DNA of 64,000 bases. Origin: an uncultured Actinomycetes bacterium (GTDB taxonomy: Bacteria > Actinomycetota > Acidimicrobiia > Acidimicrobiales > Ilumatobacteraceae). Below the pieces are notes generated by a model, which saw nothing but the letters and a program-made list of their open reading frames with translations, was not told the origin of the DNA and did no database searches. The stretch covers positions 851,363 to 915,362 of the forward strand of contig CAWDIP010000005.1 of NCBI GenBank assembly GCA_963802395.1, given 5' to 3'. Below are positions 21,103 through 30,993 of the stretch, one piece after another (the first letter of the stretch is position 1; every line of letters begins with the position of its first letter). The translations under genes were made by a program, and so were the position numbers.

Positions 21103-21999
21103 AGTGCACCCGCTTCTCGACGCCCGCGGAACTGCAGCGCCGACAGCACCAGCAGCACGAGGAACAGCAGCACCGCGGCGGCCGATTGCAGGCCGTCGTT
21201 GTTGCGGATGACCGACTCCCGGCCGTAGATCGAGGTAGGTCAGGCTGGTGGTCGAGTTCTGCGGGGCCGGGCCGCCGTCGGTGAGCAGATCGAACTCGCC
21301 GTAGGCCTGGAAGGCCCGACTGGTGAGCACCACGGTCGGCGAACAACAGGGTGGGGGCGAGCATCGGCACGGTGACGTTGGTGAACCGCCGCCAGCCGCC
21401 GGCCCCGTCGACGAACGCGCTCTCGTAGAGCTCCTTGGGCACGCCCTGCAGCCCGGCCGTCACCACGATGAACGTGAAGCCGAGGTTGGCCCAGATGAAG
21501 CTGATCGCCGGTGGCGGTGAGCGCCGTGCCCGGGTCACGCAGGAGGCCGGGCTGCTTGATCACCGGGAAGAGGTCGCGTCAGCCAGCCGATGCTCGGCAG
21601 CACCCCGACGCTCGGCTGCAGGAGGAAGAACCACATCAGCGAGGCCACCGCCACCGACGTGGCGACGGTCGAGGAGAAGATCGTGCGGAAGATGCCGATG
21701 CCTCGGACGTAGCGGTCGGCGAGCACGGCGAGCGCCACGCCGAGGAAGAGCCCGCGTCGGCACGGTGATGCAGCGCGAACTTGACCGTGACCGCGAGGGC
21801 GTGCTGGAACTCGTCGGAGCGGAACACGTCGACGTACTGGTCCCAGCCGTTCGATCGGCAGTTCTTGCCGGCGTTGTCGCACCGCATGGTGGCCGATCCA
21901 CACCGACCGCGCCGAGCGGGTAGAGCACGAAGGGCCGAGCACGAGCAGCGACGGCCCGAGCAGCGCCAGCGCCAGCGACGCCGCTCGTTGCGGCGCGCT

Positions 22000-22003
<4 letters not shown>
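21092..22003 (-). CDS. carbohydrate ABC transporter permease (UgpA/MalF-like); frame-disrupted
   Basis: N-terminus MKRAAT...STMRCDNAGKNCRSNGWDQYVDVFRSDEFQHALAVTVKFAL. Central part FIWANLGFTFIVVTAGLQGVPKELYESAFVDGAGGWRRFTNVTVPMLAPTLLF. C-terminus AFQAYGEFDLLTDGGPAPQNSTTSLTYL. These are spread over 3 frames, and the ATG overlaps the ATPase stop. Confidence 0.6.
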
Positions 22004-23014
<1,011 letters not shown>

Positions 23015-23109
23015 CCTAGTGCGGTGCTCCCACCCGTTCTTCGAGTCGACACCGAGGCTTCACCCAGGCCGGTCGATCTCGACTCGTCGCGGAGCGTCGA
23101 CCTAGCCTG

Positions 23110-23355
23110 GTGGCGATGAACGTCACCGACGGAGACCTCGAGGCCGATCCAGCCGACGACCAGGCCGAACCGCCGGTGGATCTGGAGCCGATCGCCACTG
23201 ATCTCGTCGATGTCGAGATCGCCCTGGCCCGTCTGGAGAATGGCTCGTACTGGACCGATGAGGTCACCGGCGAAGCACTTCCCGACGAGCTCCTCGCGTC
23301 GTCCCCTACCGCACGCCGCGCACCATCACCCGATCGGGAGCTGCCCGGCCCGTGA
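23110..23355 (+). CDS. small acidic hypothetical protein, degenerate (Cys-less) DksA/TraR-like C-terminus
   Basis: 81 aa. The stop overlaps the GTG start of the downstream UbiB kinase (GTGA), which argues for real translation. VEIALARLENGSYWTDEVTGEALPDEL resembles the DksA/TraR zinc-finger region with the cysteines replaced. Confidence 0.35.
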   Translation: MAMNVTDGDLEADPADDQAEPPVDLEPIATDLVDVEIALARLENGSYWTDEVTGEALPDELLASSPTARRAPSPDRELPGP

Positions 23356-24701
23356 GCCGGCTCGTCCGTCTCCGCCGATCCGCGCGGGTGTGGCGCCTGA
23401 CCGTTCGCAACGGCGCCCGATACCTGGTGGTCTCGGCACGAGGGCGCGCGGCAGGAGCTGAGCGGCGTTCCGAGTTGGAGCAGCGCTTCACACTCCGAAC
23501 CGCCCAAGACGTGGCGAACGAGCTGGGCCAGATGAAGGGGGCGATGATGAAGGTCGGGCAGTTGCTCGGCTTCATCCTCGAGTCCCTCCCCGACGACGCG
23601 CAGGCGGCGCTGGCCACCCTCCAGGCCGACGCGCCTCCGATGGCGCCCAGCCTCGTCGAAGCCACCGTCCGCCAGGAGCTCGGCGCCGCACCTTCTCGGT
23701 TGTTCCTCGATTGGTCGAGCGAACCCATCGCCGCGGCATCGATCGGGCAGGTGCACCGTGCGGTGCTCCGCGACGGGCGCATCGTCGCGGTCAAGGTGCA
23801 GTATCCGGGCGTCGGTGACGCCATCGGCGCCGATCTCGACAACGCCGAGCTGCTGTACGGGCTGTTCGCGTCGTTCGCCCTCAAGGGACTCGACACCCAC
23901 GCCCTCGTCGACGAGCTGCGGGCCCGCATGACCGAGGAGCTCGACTACCACCGCGAGGCCGAGAACCTCCTGCTGTTCGCCGACCACTATCGGGACCATC
24001 CATGGGTCCGCACGCCGGTGCTCGTGCCGGAGTTCTCCACCGGTCGGGTGCTCACGACCGAATGGGTCGATGGATGGAACTGGAGCGAGTTCGTCGAACG
24101 GGCCGACCCAGTGGCCAAGCAACGGGCGGCCGAGATCATCTGGCGTTTCGCCCAGGGTTCGATCCTGCGCCTCGGTGCGTTCAACGGCGACCCTCACCCG
24201 GGCAACTACCGGTTCCAACCCGACGGATCAGTGACGTTCCTGGATTTCGGCATGGTGAAGCACTGGGCGCCGGGCGAGTGGGAGCGCCTGAGTCCCTGCC
24301 TCGACCGCATCCTCGCGCGTGACCCCGAAGGACTGATCGCCGCCATGGAATCGGTCGACTTCCTCCCAGCCGAACACGGCCTCGATCCCCAGTCGGTGTT
24401 CGACTACGTGAGCTCGCCGTATCGCCCGTATCTCGCCGAGACGTTCCGCTTCACCCGCGACTTCGTCCGCGACACGATCCAGAAGATCGTCGATGTGAAG
24501 GGCCCCCACGCCGAGGCCATCAAGCAGCTCAACCTGCCGGCGAGCTTCGTCATCCTCGATCGAGTCGTCTGGGGCGTGAGTGCGATGCTCGGCAAGCTCG
24601 ACGCCGAAGCTCCCTGGCGGGCGATGCTGCTGGCCTACCGAAACGGTTCCTCGGGCGGCACCCCCCTCGGCGACCTCGAGCGCGCCTGGATCGAGCGCTG
24701 A
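23352..24701 (+). CDS. ABC1/UbiB-family atypical protein kinase (AarF-domain)
   Basis: Intact 449 aa. ASIGQVHRAVLRDGRIVAVKVQYPGV...NAELLYGLF...HREAENLLLF...EWVDGW...AFNGDPHPGNYRF...VTFLDFGMV matches the ADCK/UbiB kinase signature. Confidence 0.85.
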   Translation: MSRLVRLRRSARVWRLTVRNGARYLVVSARGRAAGAERRSELEQRFTLRTAQDVANELGQMKGAMMKVGQLLGFILESLPDDAQAALATLQADAPPMAPSLVEATVRQELGAAPSRLFLDWSSEPIAAASIGQVHRAVLRDGRIVAVKVQYPGVGDAIGADLDNAELLYGLFASFALKGLDTHALVDELRARMTEELDYHREAENLLLFADHYRDHPWVRTPVLVPEFSTGRVLTTEWVDGWNWSEFVERADPVAKQRAAEIIWRFAQGSILRLGAFNGDPHPGNYRFQPDGSVTFLDFGMVKHWAPGEWERLSPCLDRILARDPEGLIAAMESVDFLPAEHGLDPQSVFDYVSSPYRPYLAETFRFTRDFVRDTIQKIVDVKGPHAEAIKQLNLPASFVILDRVVWGVSAMLGKLDAEAPWRAMLLAYRNGSSGGTPLGDLERAWIER

Positions 24702-24822
24702 CCACCCTCGCGTTCGTTCACCCGACCCCCGGCTGCCGGGGCGGCAGTGAACAAACGTGGATCGGTGGGGCGGTGCGGGCGCACGTTCCCACTGGTGGCG
24801 GCACGGTGGCTACATTCGGCGC

Positions 24823-25422
24823 ATGCGAGGAGCCGGGTTGGGCATCGAGGAGACGGCCCGGCTCGCTGGGCACTCCCGCTGGTGCGAGTTGCAGCTGTTC
24901 GAGGCGCTCGGCCGGTTCGCCGTCACGTCGCCCGAGCCCGCGGTGAAGGTGCTGCTGGGCGCGCACTGCGGGCTCCACTCGTGGCATGCCGAGCTGTGGC
25001 ACGAGCGGATGCCCGAGATCCGGGCGACCGGCTCTGACCAGCTGACGCGGCCGGCCAGCCATGCCCTGGCGGGCGTTGTCGCGTCGGTGATCGCACCGGA
25101 GGCTCCCGAGCTCAGCATCGAGCGGCTCGTCGGTGTGTATCGCGTGTTCCTCCCCCGGTTGGTGGCCGCCTACACCAACCACCTCGAGGTCGTGCGAGGC
25201 TCCACCGACCAGCCGACCGAGCGCGTGCTCAGACTCGTCATCCGCGACGAACTCGAGCAGTGGCACGAGGGTGAGATGATGATCCAGTCGCTCGTTCGAT
25301 CGCCCGACCACGTCCGGCGGGCCACCGATCGCCAACGCGAGATCGAAGCACGGATGGTCGCCGCGGGTGGCGTCACGGTGCCGGATCCGGGCCCCGCACT
25401 CGAACGAGCCGATACCGGTTGA
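24823..25422 (+). CDS. hypothetical protein (no family recognised)
   Basis: About 200-aa ORF with protein-like composition (W/H-rich HSWHAELWHERMPE motif) and an ATG start. The annotated track ORF begins 66 nt upstream. Confidence 0.45.
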   Translation: MRGAGLGIEETARLAGHSRWCELQLFEALGRFAVTSPEPAVKVLLGAHCGLHSWHAELWHERMPEIRATGSDQLTRPASHALAGVVASVIAPEAPELSIERLVGVYRVFLPRLVAAYTNHLEVVRGSTDQPTERVLRLVIRDELEQWHEGEMMIQSLVRSPDHVRRATDRQREIEARMVAAGGVTVPDPGPALERADTG

Positions 25423-25561
25423 CCTGGGTCTTCGCGACGGACTCGACCGTTTCGGTGTAGGCGCCGGTCGATCGGGGTACGGGCAGGGGGCCGGCCGACG
25501 GGGCCGGTGGCGCGCCCTGTCCGTTGCGGACTCGGGCGTGTGCGACCCAAGGAGTTACTCC

Positions 25562-26428
25562 ATGCGTGCATCCGTCAGGCGAATCGCCATCCCTTTCTCG
25601 CTCGTCATCGGCGCTGCCGGCGTTCTGGCGACGTCCGCCTTGGCCCAGGAAGGCGGGCGAAAGGACGCAACCCCCAGCCCGATCGGCACCACCACCTCCA
25701 AGGTCATCCCTCTGTACGCGGCGGCAATGACCGGAGCGAAGGAGGTACCCGGCCCGGGCGCAGCCGATCCAGCGATCGGTGAGGCTCTGGTGACGGTCGA
25801 TGCAGTCACCAAGCAGGTCTGCGTCAACATCAGCGCCACCGGGATCACCGCCTACACAGGACTCCACATCCACAGCGGAGCCGCCGGGGCGCAGGGCCCC
25901 GTCGTCGTCGACTTCGCCCCTCCGACCGGCACGCTCGACAAGTTCGCCAAGTGCGTGACCGACGACGATGCGGTGGGTGTCGCCGCGGACCCGGCCGCGT
26001 TCTACCTGAACGCCCATACCGCGGAGTTCCCCGACGGTGCGCTTCGCGATCAGCTGTCCATCCGCGACACCGAGATCCAGATGCTCGCCACTCCGCAGCG
26101 GGCCTACGACTCGCGGACGATCACCGACGGGAAGATCTCCAACAGTGGTACGCGGGTGATCGACCTGTCGACCGCCGGCGTTCCGATCGGCGCTCGGGCG
26201 GCGATCATCAACCTCACGGCCACCCGATCGGTCGACGTCGGATACCTGACGGCCTACTCGAACGCGCTCACCACGGTGCCGCCCACCAGCACGGTGAACT
26301 TCTTCCCGAACGCCGACATCGCCAATGAAACCACCGTGGCGGTCGACGGGTCCGGCAAGATCAAGGTGTCGTCGGGCCCGCTCGGCCAGACCGACTTCAT
26401 CGTCGACGTGGTGGGCTACCTGCTCTGA
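25562..26428 (+). CDS. secreted CHRD-domain protein
   Basis: A strong SD (AAGGAG) lies 8 nt upstream of the ATG, followed by a signal peptide (IAIPFSLVIGAAGVLATSALAQEG). The CHRD hallmark is LSGAQEVP-like MTGAKEVPGPG...ALVTVDAVTKQVCVNISATGITAYTGLHIHSGAAGAQGPVVVDF. A second half, YLNAHTAEFPDGALRDQL, follows. Confidence 0.7.
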   Translation: MRASVRRIAIPFSLVIGAAGVLATSALAQEGGRKDATPSPIGTTTSKVIPLYAAAMTGAKEVPGPGAADPAIGEALVTVDAVTKQVCVNISATGITAYTGLHIHSGAAGAQGPVVVDFAPPTGTLDKFAKCVTDDDAVGVAADPAAFYLNAHTAEFPDGALRDQLSIRDTEIQMLATPQRAYDSRTITDGKISNSGTRVIDLSTAGVPIGARAAIINLTATRSVDVGYLTAYSNALTTVPPTSTVNFFPNADIANETTVAVDGSGKIKVSSGPLGQTDFIVDVVGYLL

Positions 26429-26448
26429 CAGAACCAGCACGCGACACG

Positions 26449-26476
26449 GTGAGGAGACCGATCTCGGTCTCCTCAC
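26449..26476 (+). terminator. 12-bp perfect hairpin (GTGAGGAGACCG-ATCT-CGGTCTCCTCAC) downstream of the CHRD gene; candidate intrinsic terminator or attenuator
   Basis: Perfect inverted repeat 21 nt after the CHRD stop and about 30 nt before the ung start. The T-tract is weak (high-GC organism). Confidence 0.45.
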
Positions 26477-26504
26477 TGGCGCGTCCGGACTACCTTCGAG
26501 CGTG

Positions 26505-27167
26505 ATGCCGACCGATTGGAATCCGCTGCTGCGCAACGAGTTCGACAAGCCGTACTGGAAGGACTTGCAGAGCTTCGTGGCCGGCGAGCGAGAGCGAGGT
26601 CCGGTGTTCCCGCCGGCGAACGAGGTGTTCGCCGCGCTCCACCTCACGCCGCATCACGACACCAAGGTGCTCATCTTGGGCCAGGACCCGTATCACGGCA
26701 TCGGTCAGGCCCACGGCCTGTGCTTCAGCGTGCGCGAGGGAACCACACCGCCGCCGTCGCTCGTGAACATCTTCAAAGAACTGCAGAGCGACCTCCGCAT
26801 CGATCCACCGCGGAACGGCTCCCTCGAGAGCTGGGCCCGCCAGGGTGTCCTGCTCCTGAACGCAGTGCTCACCGTCCGCGCCCACCAGGCCGGATCGCAT
26901 GCGGGCAAGGGCTGGGAGGTGTTCACCGACGAGGTGATCCGGACGGTGGCGGCCAAGCCGGAGCCAGTGGTGTTCGTCCTGTGGGGTGCCTACGCTCGTA
27001 AGAAGAAGGCACTGATCGACGTGAGCCGGCACCACATCATCGAGTCGGCCCACCCCTCGCCGCTGTCGGCGCACAACGGCTTCTTGGGGAGCCGACCGTT
27101 CAGCCGCGCCAACGAGGCGTTGGTCGCGGCCGGCCGTGAGCCCGTCGACTGGGCCCTGCCCAACTGA
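26505..27167 (+). CDS. ung: uracil-DNA glycosylase, family 1
   Basis: 220 aa. VLILGQDPYHGIGQAHGLCFSV (catalytic GQDPYH), LLLNAVLTVRAHQAGSH and HPSPLSA are classic Ung motifs. Confidence 0.9.
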   Translation: MPTDWNPLLRNEFDKPYWKDLQSFVAGERERGPVFPPANEVFAALHLTPHHDTKVLILGQDPYHGIGQAHGLCFSVREGTTPPPSLVNIFKELQSDLRIDPPRNGSLESWARQGVLLLNAVLTVRAHQAGSHAGKGWEVFTDEVIRTVAAKPEPVVFVLWGAYARKKKALIDVSRHHIIESAHPSPLSAHNGFLGSRPFSRANEALVAAGREPVDWALPN

Positions 27168-27196
27168 CGCCTCGCGTTCTCGACGTCAGCGGCCGA

Positions 27197-27796
27197 TCAC
27201 CGACTGGTGAGCCGCCCCCGCGCGTGCTCGGCCTCTTCGCGTACCCAACATCCCTCGAGGTGATCGTTGACGAGTCCCATCGCCTGCATGAATGCGTACA
27301 CAGTGGTGGGACCCACGAAGGTCCACCCGCGACGCTTCAGATCCTTGGCGATCCGGGTGGACGTCTCGCTCTTGGCCGCGAGCTCGGTCGGAGGGTCCAC
27401 GAACGAGGCGTCCGGCCAGAAGTACGCGGCGAGCGATCCTCGCTCGGCGATGAGCTCGCAGGCCCGAGATGCGTTGTTGATCGCGGATCGGATCTTTCCC
27501 TGGTGGCGCACGATCCCGCTGTCGGCGAGCAGCCGGGCCACATCGGCTTCATCGAATCCAGCGACGGTCGTCGGGTCGAAGCCGTGGAAAGCGGCGCGGA
27601 AGTTGTCGCGCTTGCGCAGGATCGTCAGCCACGACAGGCCCGACTGGAACCCCTCCAGACACAACTTCTCGAACAGCCGGACGTCGTCGACGACGCCGAA
27701 CCCCCATTCGGTGTCGTGATACGCGCGGTAGTCGTCCGTCGAGGTTCCCCACCCGCATCGAGGCCGACCGTCGTCACCGACCACAACGTCCATCAT
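27197..27796 (-). CDS. tag: DNA-3-methyladenine glycosylase I
   Basis: About 200 aa. RCGWGTSTDDYRAYHDTEWGFGVVDDVRLFEKLCLEGFQSGLSWLTILRKRDNFRAAFHGFD...GIVRHQGKI...RRGWTFVGPTTVYAFMQAMGLVNDHLEGC matches Tag including the Zn-binding C/H residues. Confidence 0.85.
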   Translation of the reverse strand: MMDVVVGDDGRPRCGWGTSTDDYRAYHDTEWGFGVVDDVRLFEKLCLEGFQSGLSWLTILRKRDNFRAAFHGFDPTTVAGFDEADVARLLADSGIVRHQGKIRSAINNASRACELIAERGSLAAYFWPDASFVDPPTELAAKSETSTRIAKDLKRRGWTFVGPTTVYAFMQAMGLVNDHLEGCWVREEAEHARGRLTSR

Positions 27797-27877
27797 GACG
27801 ACGATCCTTCCATGCGGCGACCGACCGGGCCGCAGCTCGTGCCGTCGGCGGCGAATGGCGCCCCATAACCTCCGGCC

Positions 27878-28870
27878 ATGCTCGACCCCTCGATTCGGCA
27901 ACGCTTCGCCGCCGTGAACGGAGTCCAACTCCACCTGCTCGAAGCCGGCGACGTCGACTCGCCGCTCGTCCTGCTGGCCCATGGCTTCCCGGAAGGCGCC
28001 TACTCATGGCGGCACCAGCTCGCTCCGCTCGCTGCCGCCGGCTTCCACGTGATCGCGCCATACCAACGCGGGTATGGACGCTCGTCACGACCCGAGGCGG
28101 TCGATGCCTACGGCATCGCCGAGCTCACCGGCGATCTCGCTGCGCTGATCGAAGAGTCGGGTCATGAAACCGCCACCGTCGTCGGACACGATTGGGGCGC
28201 GATGATCGCATGGGACTTCGCGCGCCTCCATCGTGATCTCACGCGTGGCGTCGTCGGGGTCAGCGTGCCGTTCGTGCACTGGCCCGGCCCACCGACACAG
28301 CTCATGAAGATGGTCTACGGAGATCGGTTCTTCTACATGCTCTACTTCCAGCCCGTCGGGACCGCCGAAGTGGAACTCGAAGCCGACGTTCGCACCACGA
28401 TGGCCAAGGTGCTCTGGGGTGGTTCGGGCCTGGGCTTCCCGGGCCCCCCGGCCTCCTTCGATCCACCTCCGATGGTCGGCACCGGCTTCCTCACCTACAT
28501 GCCCGAACCGCCAATACCGCCGTTCGGTGGACCGGAGGGCCCGTGGCTCACCGATGAGGATCTCGACGACTACACCGAGACGTTCGAGGCGTCGGGGTTC
28601 TTCGGTCCAGTGAGCTACTACCGCAACCTCGACGCCAACTTCGAGCTCGTCAAACATCTCACGGCGGCCGACGTGCCGATGCCATCGTTCTTCATCGGCG
28701 GCGCCAACGATCCGGTGCTCGTGATGGATCCCTCGGGCCTGGAACGCATGACGGCACTCCCTGACTTCCGGGGGTCGATCGTCATCCCGGGGGCCGGGCA
28801 CTGGATCCAGCAGGAGTGCCCGAGCGCGTTCAACGAGGCGTTGCTGGGCTTCCTCGCCACGCTCGGCTGA
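27878..28870 (+). CDS. alpha/beta-fold hydrolase, epoxide hydrolase-like
   Basis: Intact 330 aa. LLAHGFPEGAYSWRHQL...PYQRGYGRSS, nucleophile elbow VVGHDWGA, and the C-terminal GAGHWIQQECP are typical of the EH/haloalkane dehalogenase-like family. Confidence 0.8.
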   Translation: MLDPSIRQRFAAVNGVQLHLLEAGDVDSPLVLLAHGFPEGAYSWRHQLAPLAAAGFHVIAPYQRGYGRSSRPEAVDAYGIAELTGDLAALIEESGHETATVVGHDWGAMIAWDFARLHRDLTRGVVGVSVPFVHWPGPPTQLMKMVYGDRFFYMLYFQPVGTAEVELEADVRTTMAKVLWGGSGLGFPGPPASFDPPPMVGTGFLTYMPEPPIPPFGGPEGPWLTDEDLDDYTETFEASGFFGPVSYYRNLDANFELVKHLTAADVPMPSFFIGGANDPVLVMDPSGLERMTALPDFRGSIVIPGAGHWIQQECPSAFNEALLGFLATLG

Positions 28871-28911
28871 GTTCGGCGCCGCCCTCGCAAGGTGTCGGCC
28901 GGGGAGGACGG

Positions 28912-30993
28912 CTACGGAAGGGGAAATGCAGCGGACGTCGCGGACTGGGTCGACCGGGCCTTCGCCAACGCGACCGAGGCGGGCAACGCGGCGTCGAAGA
29001 GCCATCCCTGCAGGCTGCGGCACCCAGCCTGCACGAGCAGGTCGCGCTGGTCTGCCGTCTCGACCCCTTCGGCCACGCAGTCCAGGCCGACGTTCAGGGT
29101 GAGCCCGACAATGGCGGAAACGAGATTCGAGGCCATCGAGTCGGTACCCAACCCCTGTACGAACCGCTTGTCGATCTTGAGCATGTCGACCGGGAGCTCG
29201 AGCAGGTGAGCGAGACTCGAGAAGCCGGTTCCGAAGTCGTCGATCGCGATGTGCACACCCTCGCGGCGCAGCCGACTCAGGTTGTCCAAGGCATCGGTGG
29301 TGACGCGAAGCAGATCGGACTCCGTGATCTCCAAGCAGAGCTGTCCCGGCGCGATCGAACGACTCGTGCGTTCCGCCCAGATCCGTTCGGCAAACCCGAC
29401 CGAGCCGATCTGGTGCGGCGTCACGTTCATGTGCACCGTCATGTCGCCGCGCCCGGCGAGACGCAGCTCTTCCAGGAACGCGAAGGTCTGATCGAGCACC
29501 GAAGCGTCGAAGCGATTGCTCAGTCCAGCGATCCCGACCAGTGGCAGGAAGTACGGTGGTGTGAGAACGCCACGGACCGGATGGTGCCAACGCACCAGCG
29601 CCTCGAAGCCCGTGATCTCGGCGCAAGCGTCGACGATCGGTTGGAACCACATCCGCAACTCGTCGTTCTCGAGCGCCCGGTTGAGTTCGTCGACGACCTG
29701 ACGCCGCTCGGCCAACGGCGAGTCGGACACCGGGTTGACGTCACCGCCGACACGCGCAGTACGTCCCAACTCGAGCTCACTCTGCTCGACGAGCTGGCGC
29801 AGGGTCGCGTCGCCGTACTTGACGGCGAGTGCGGTGCTCACCCCGATCCGAAGGTCGTGGCCGTCGAAGATGATGGGCTCCGACAACGCCGACCGGATGC
29901 GATCGCGCACGGACAGCAAGCCGTCCATCGGCAACGGGCTCAACACGACGAACTCGTCGCCGCCATAGCGCGCCACCACGTCGTCGGTGCGCACGAGTCC
30001 CTGCAGACGGAGCGCGACCGACTGGATCACCGAGTCCCCGACGTCAGCGCCGTAGAGCGCGTTGATCTGCGCCAGTCGGTCGATGTCGAGCATCACCACG
30101 CCGAACGGCTCACCGGTCCGCGCCGAACGCTGCTCGAGCGGCGCCGCAGCCTCGTAGAAGCCGGCCCGATTGAGCAGGCCGGTCGCCGGATCGTGGCTGG
30201 CGAGGAACTCCGCCCGCTGTCGCGCAACACGTAGGGAATCGGCGACCTGCCCCGAAGCCAAGTAGCCGCACACGGTTGGGTCGTTCACCAGGTTCGCGAC
30301 GGTGAACTCGACGAGCACCTCGCTGCCGTCCTCGTGTCGCATCAGGCCGTCGACCGTGAACGTGCCCGACGATTCGAGCTCCTCCAGCGCCTGACCCAAC
30401 CACTCGCGTTGGGATGGAGCGATCATGGTCTCGAAATGCACGCCGGCGACCAGGCCCGGGTTGTAGCCGAGGTGACGGGTGAAGGCGCTGTTGATCGAGC
30501 GAACCGTGCCATCGGGCTCGATGATGGCGATCATCGCAGAGGAGTGGTTGACGATGGCCCGCAGCAGACCGACGTCGCCGCCGGCGACTTCGAGTGCATG
30601 CCGTCGGCTCACATCGCGGCCCGACACGATGAACCCGCCGGCGGCTTTGCCGTCGGCCACGCGGTTGGCCAGGACTTCCCATCGCCGCCAGCCGCCATCG
30701 GCTCCGAGGATCCGCACCTCGATGGGCGAGCCCTCGAGGGTCGCCATGCGAGCGACGACCAGATGCACGTCGTCGGGATGAACGAGCTCGAACACCGGCC
30801 GTCCGATCCACTCCGCTCGGTCGTGACCGAGCGAACGGACGCAGGCATCGTTGGCGTAGACGAGGCGGACACCGGCATCGATGACCAGGATCGCGTCCGG
30901 AATCTGGTTCAGCATCGACTCCTGAGAAACTTCGGGACCCGCCACGCATCGGAGATCGGCACGCGGACCATCGAGTTCAAGCGGTGGCTTCAC
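28912..30993 (-). CDS. PAS-PAS-GGDEF-EAL c-di-GMP signalling protein
   Basis: Intact 693 aa. Two PAS-like segments, a GGDEF domain with an RYGGDEF active-site motif, then EAL (EALVRW...EITES...DDFGTG...KIDKRFV). Confidence 0.85.
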   Translation of the reverse strand: MKPPLELDGPRADLRCVAGPEVSQESMLNQIPDAILVIDAGVRLVYANDACVRSLGHDRAEWIGRPVFELVHPDDVHLVVARMATLEGSPIEVRILGADGGWRRWEVLANRVADGKAAGGFIVSGRDVSRRHALEVAGGDVGLLRAIVNHSSAMIAIIEPDGTVRSINSAFTRHLGYNPGLVAGVHFETMIAPSQREWLGQALEELESSGTFTVDGLMRHEDGSEVLVEFTVANLVNDPTVCGYLASGQVADSLRVARQRAEFLASHDPATGLLNRAGFYEAAAPLEQRSARTGEPFGVVMLDIDRLAQINALYGADVGDSVIQSVALRLQGLVRTDDVVARYGGDEFVVLSPLPMDGLLSVRDRIRSALSEPIIFDGHDLRIGVSTALAVKYGDATLRQLVEQSELELGRTARVGGDVNPVSDSPLAERRQVVDELNRALENDELRMWFQPIVDACAEITGFEALVRWHHPVRGVLTPPYFLPLVGIAGLSNRFDASVLDQTFAFLEELRLAGRGDMTVHMNVTPHQIGSVGFAERIWAERTSRSIAPGQLCLEITESDLLRVTTDALDNLSRLRREGVHIAIDDFGTGFSSLAHLLELPVDMLKIDKRFVQGLGTDSMASNLVSAIVGLTLNVGLDCVAEGVETADQRDLLVQAGCRSLQGWLFDAALPASVALAKARSTQSATSAAFPLP

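Noticed and set aside
23016-24218. 400-aa minus-strand ORF opposite the UbiB kinase
   Set aside because: Junk composition (RRRR / PGSS runs), and it overlaps an intact, well-supported kinase gene.
28085-30234. 521-aa (minus) and 472-aa (plus) ORFs overlapping the hydrolase and PAS-GGDEF-EAL genes
   Set aside because: Antisense artefacts. No motifs, and they conflict with intact family-assignable genes.
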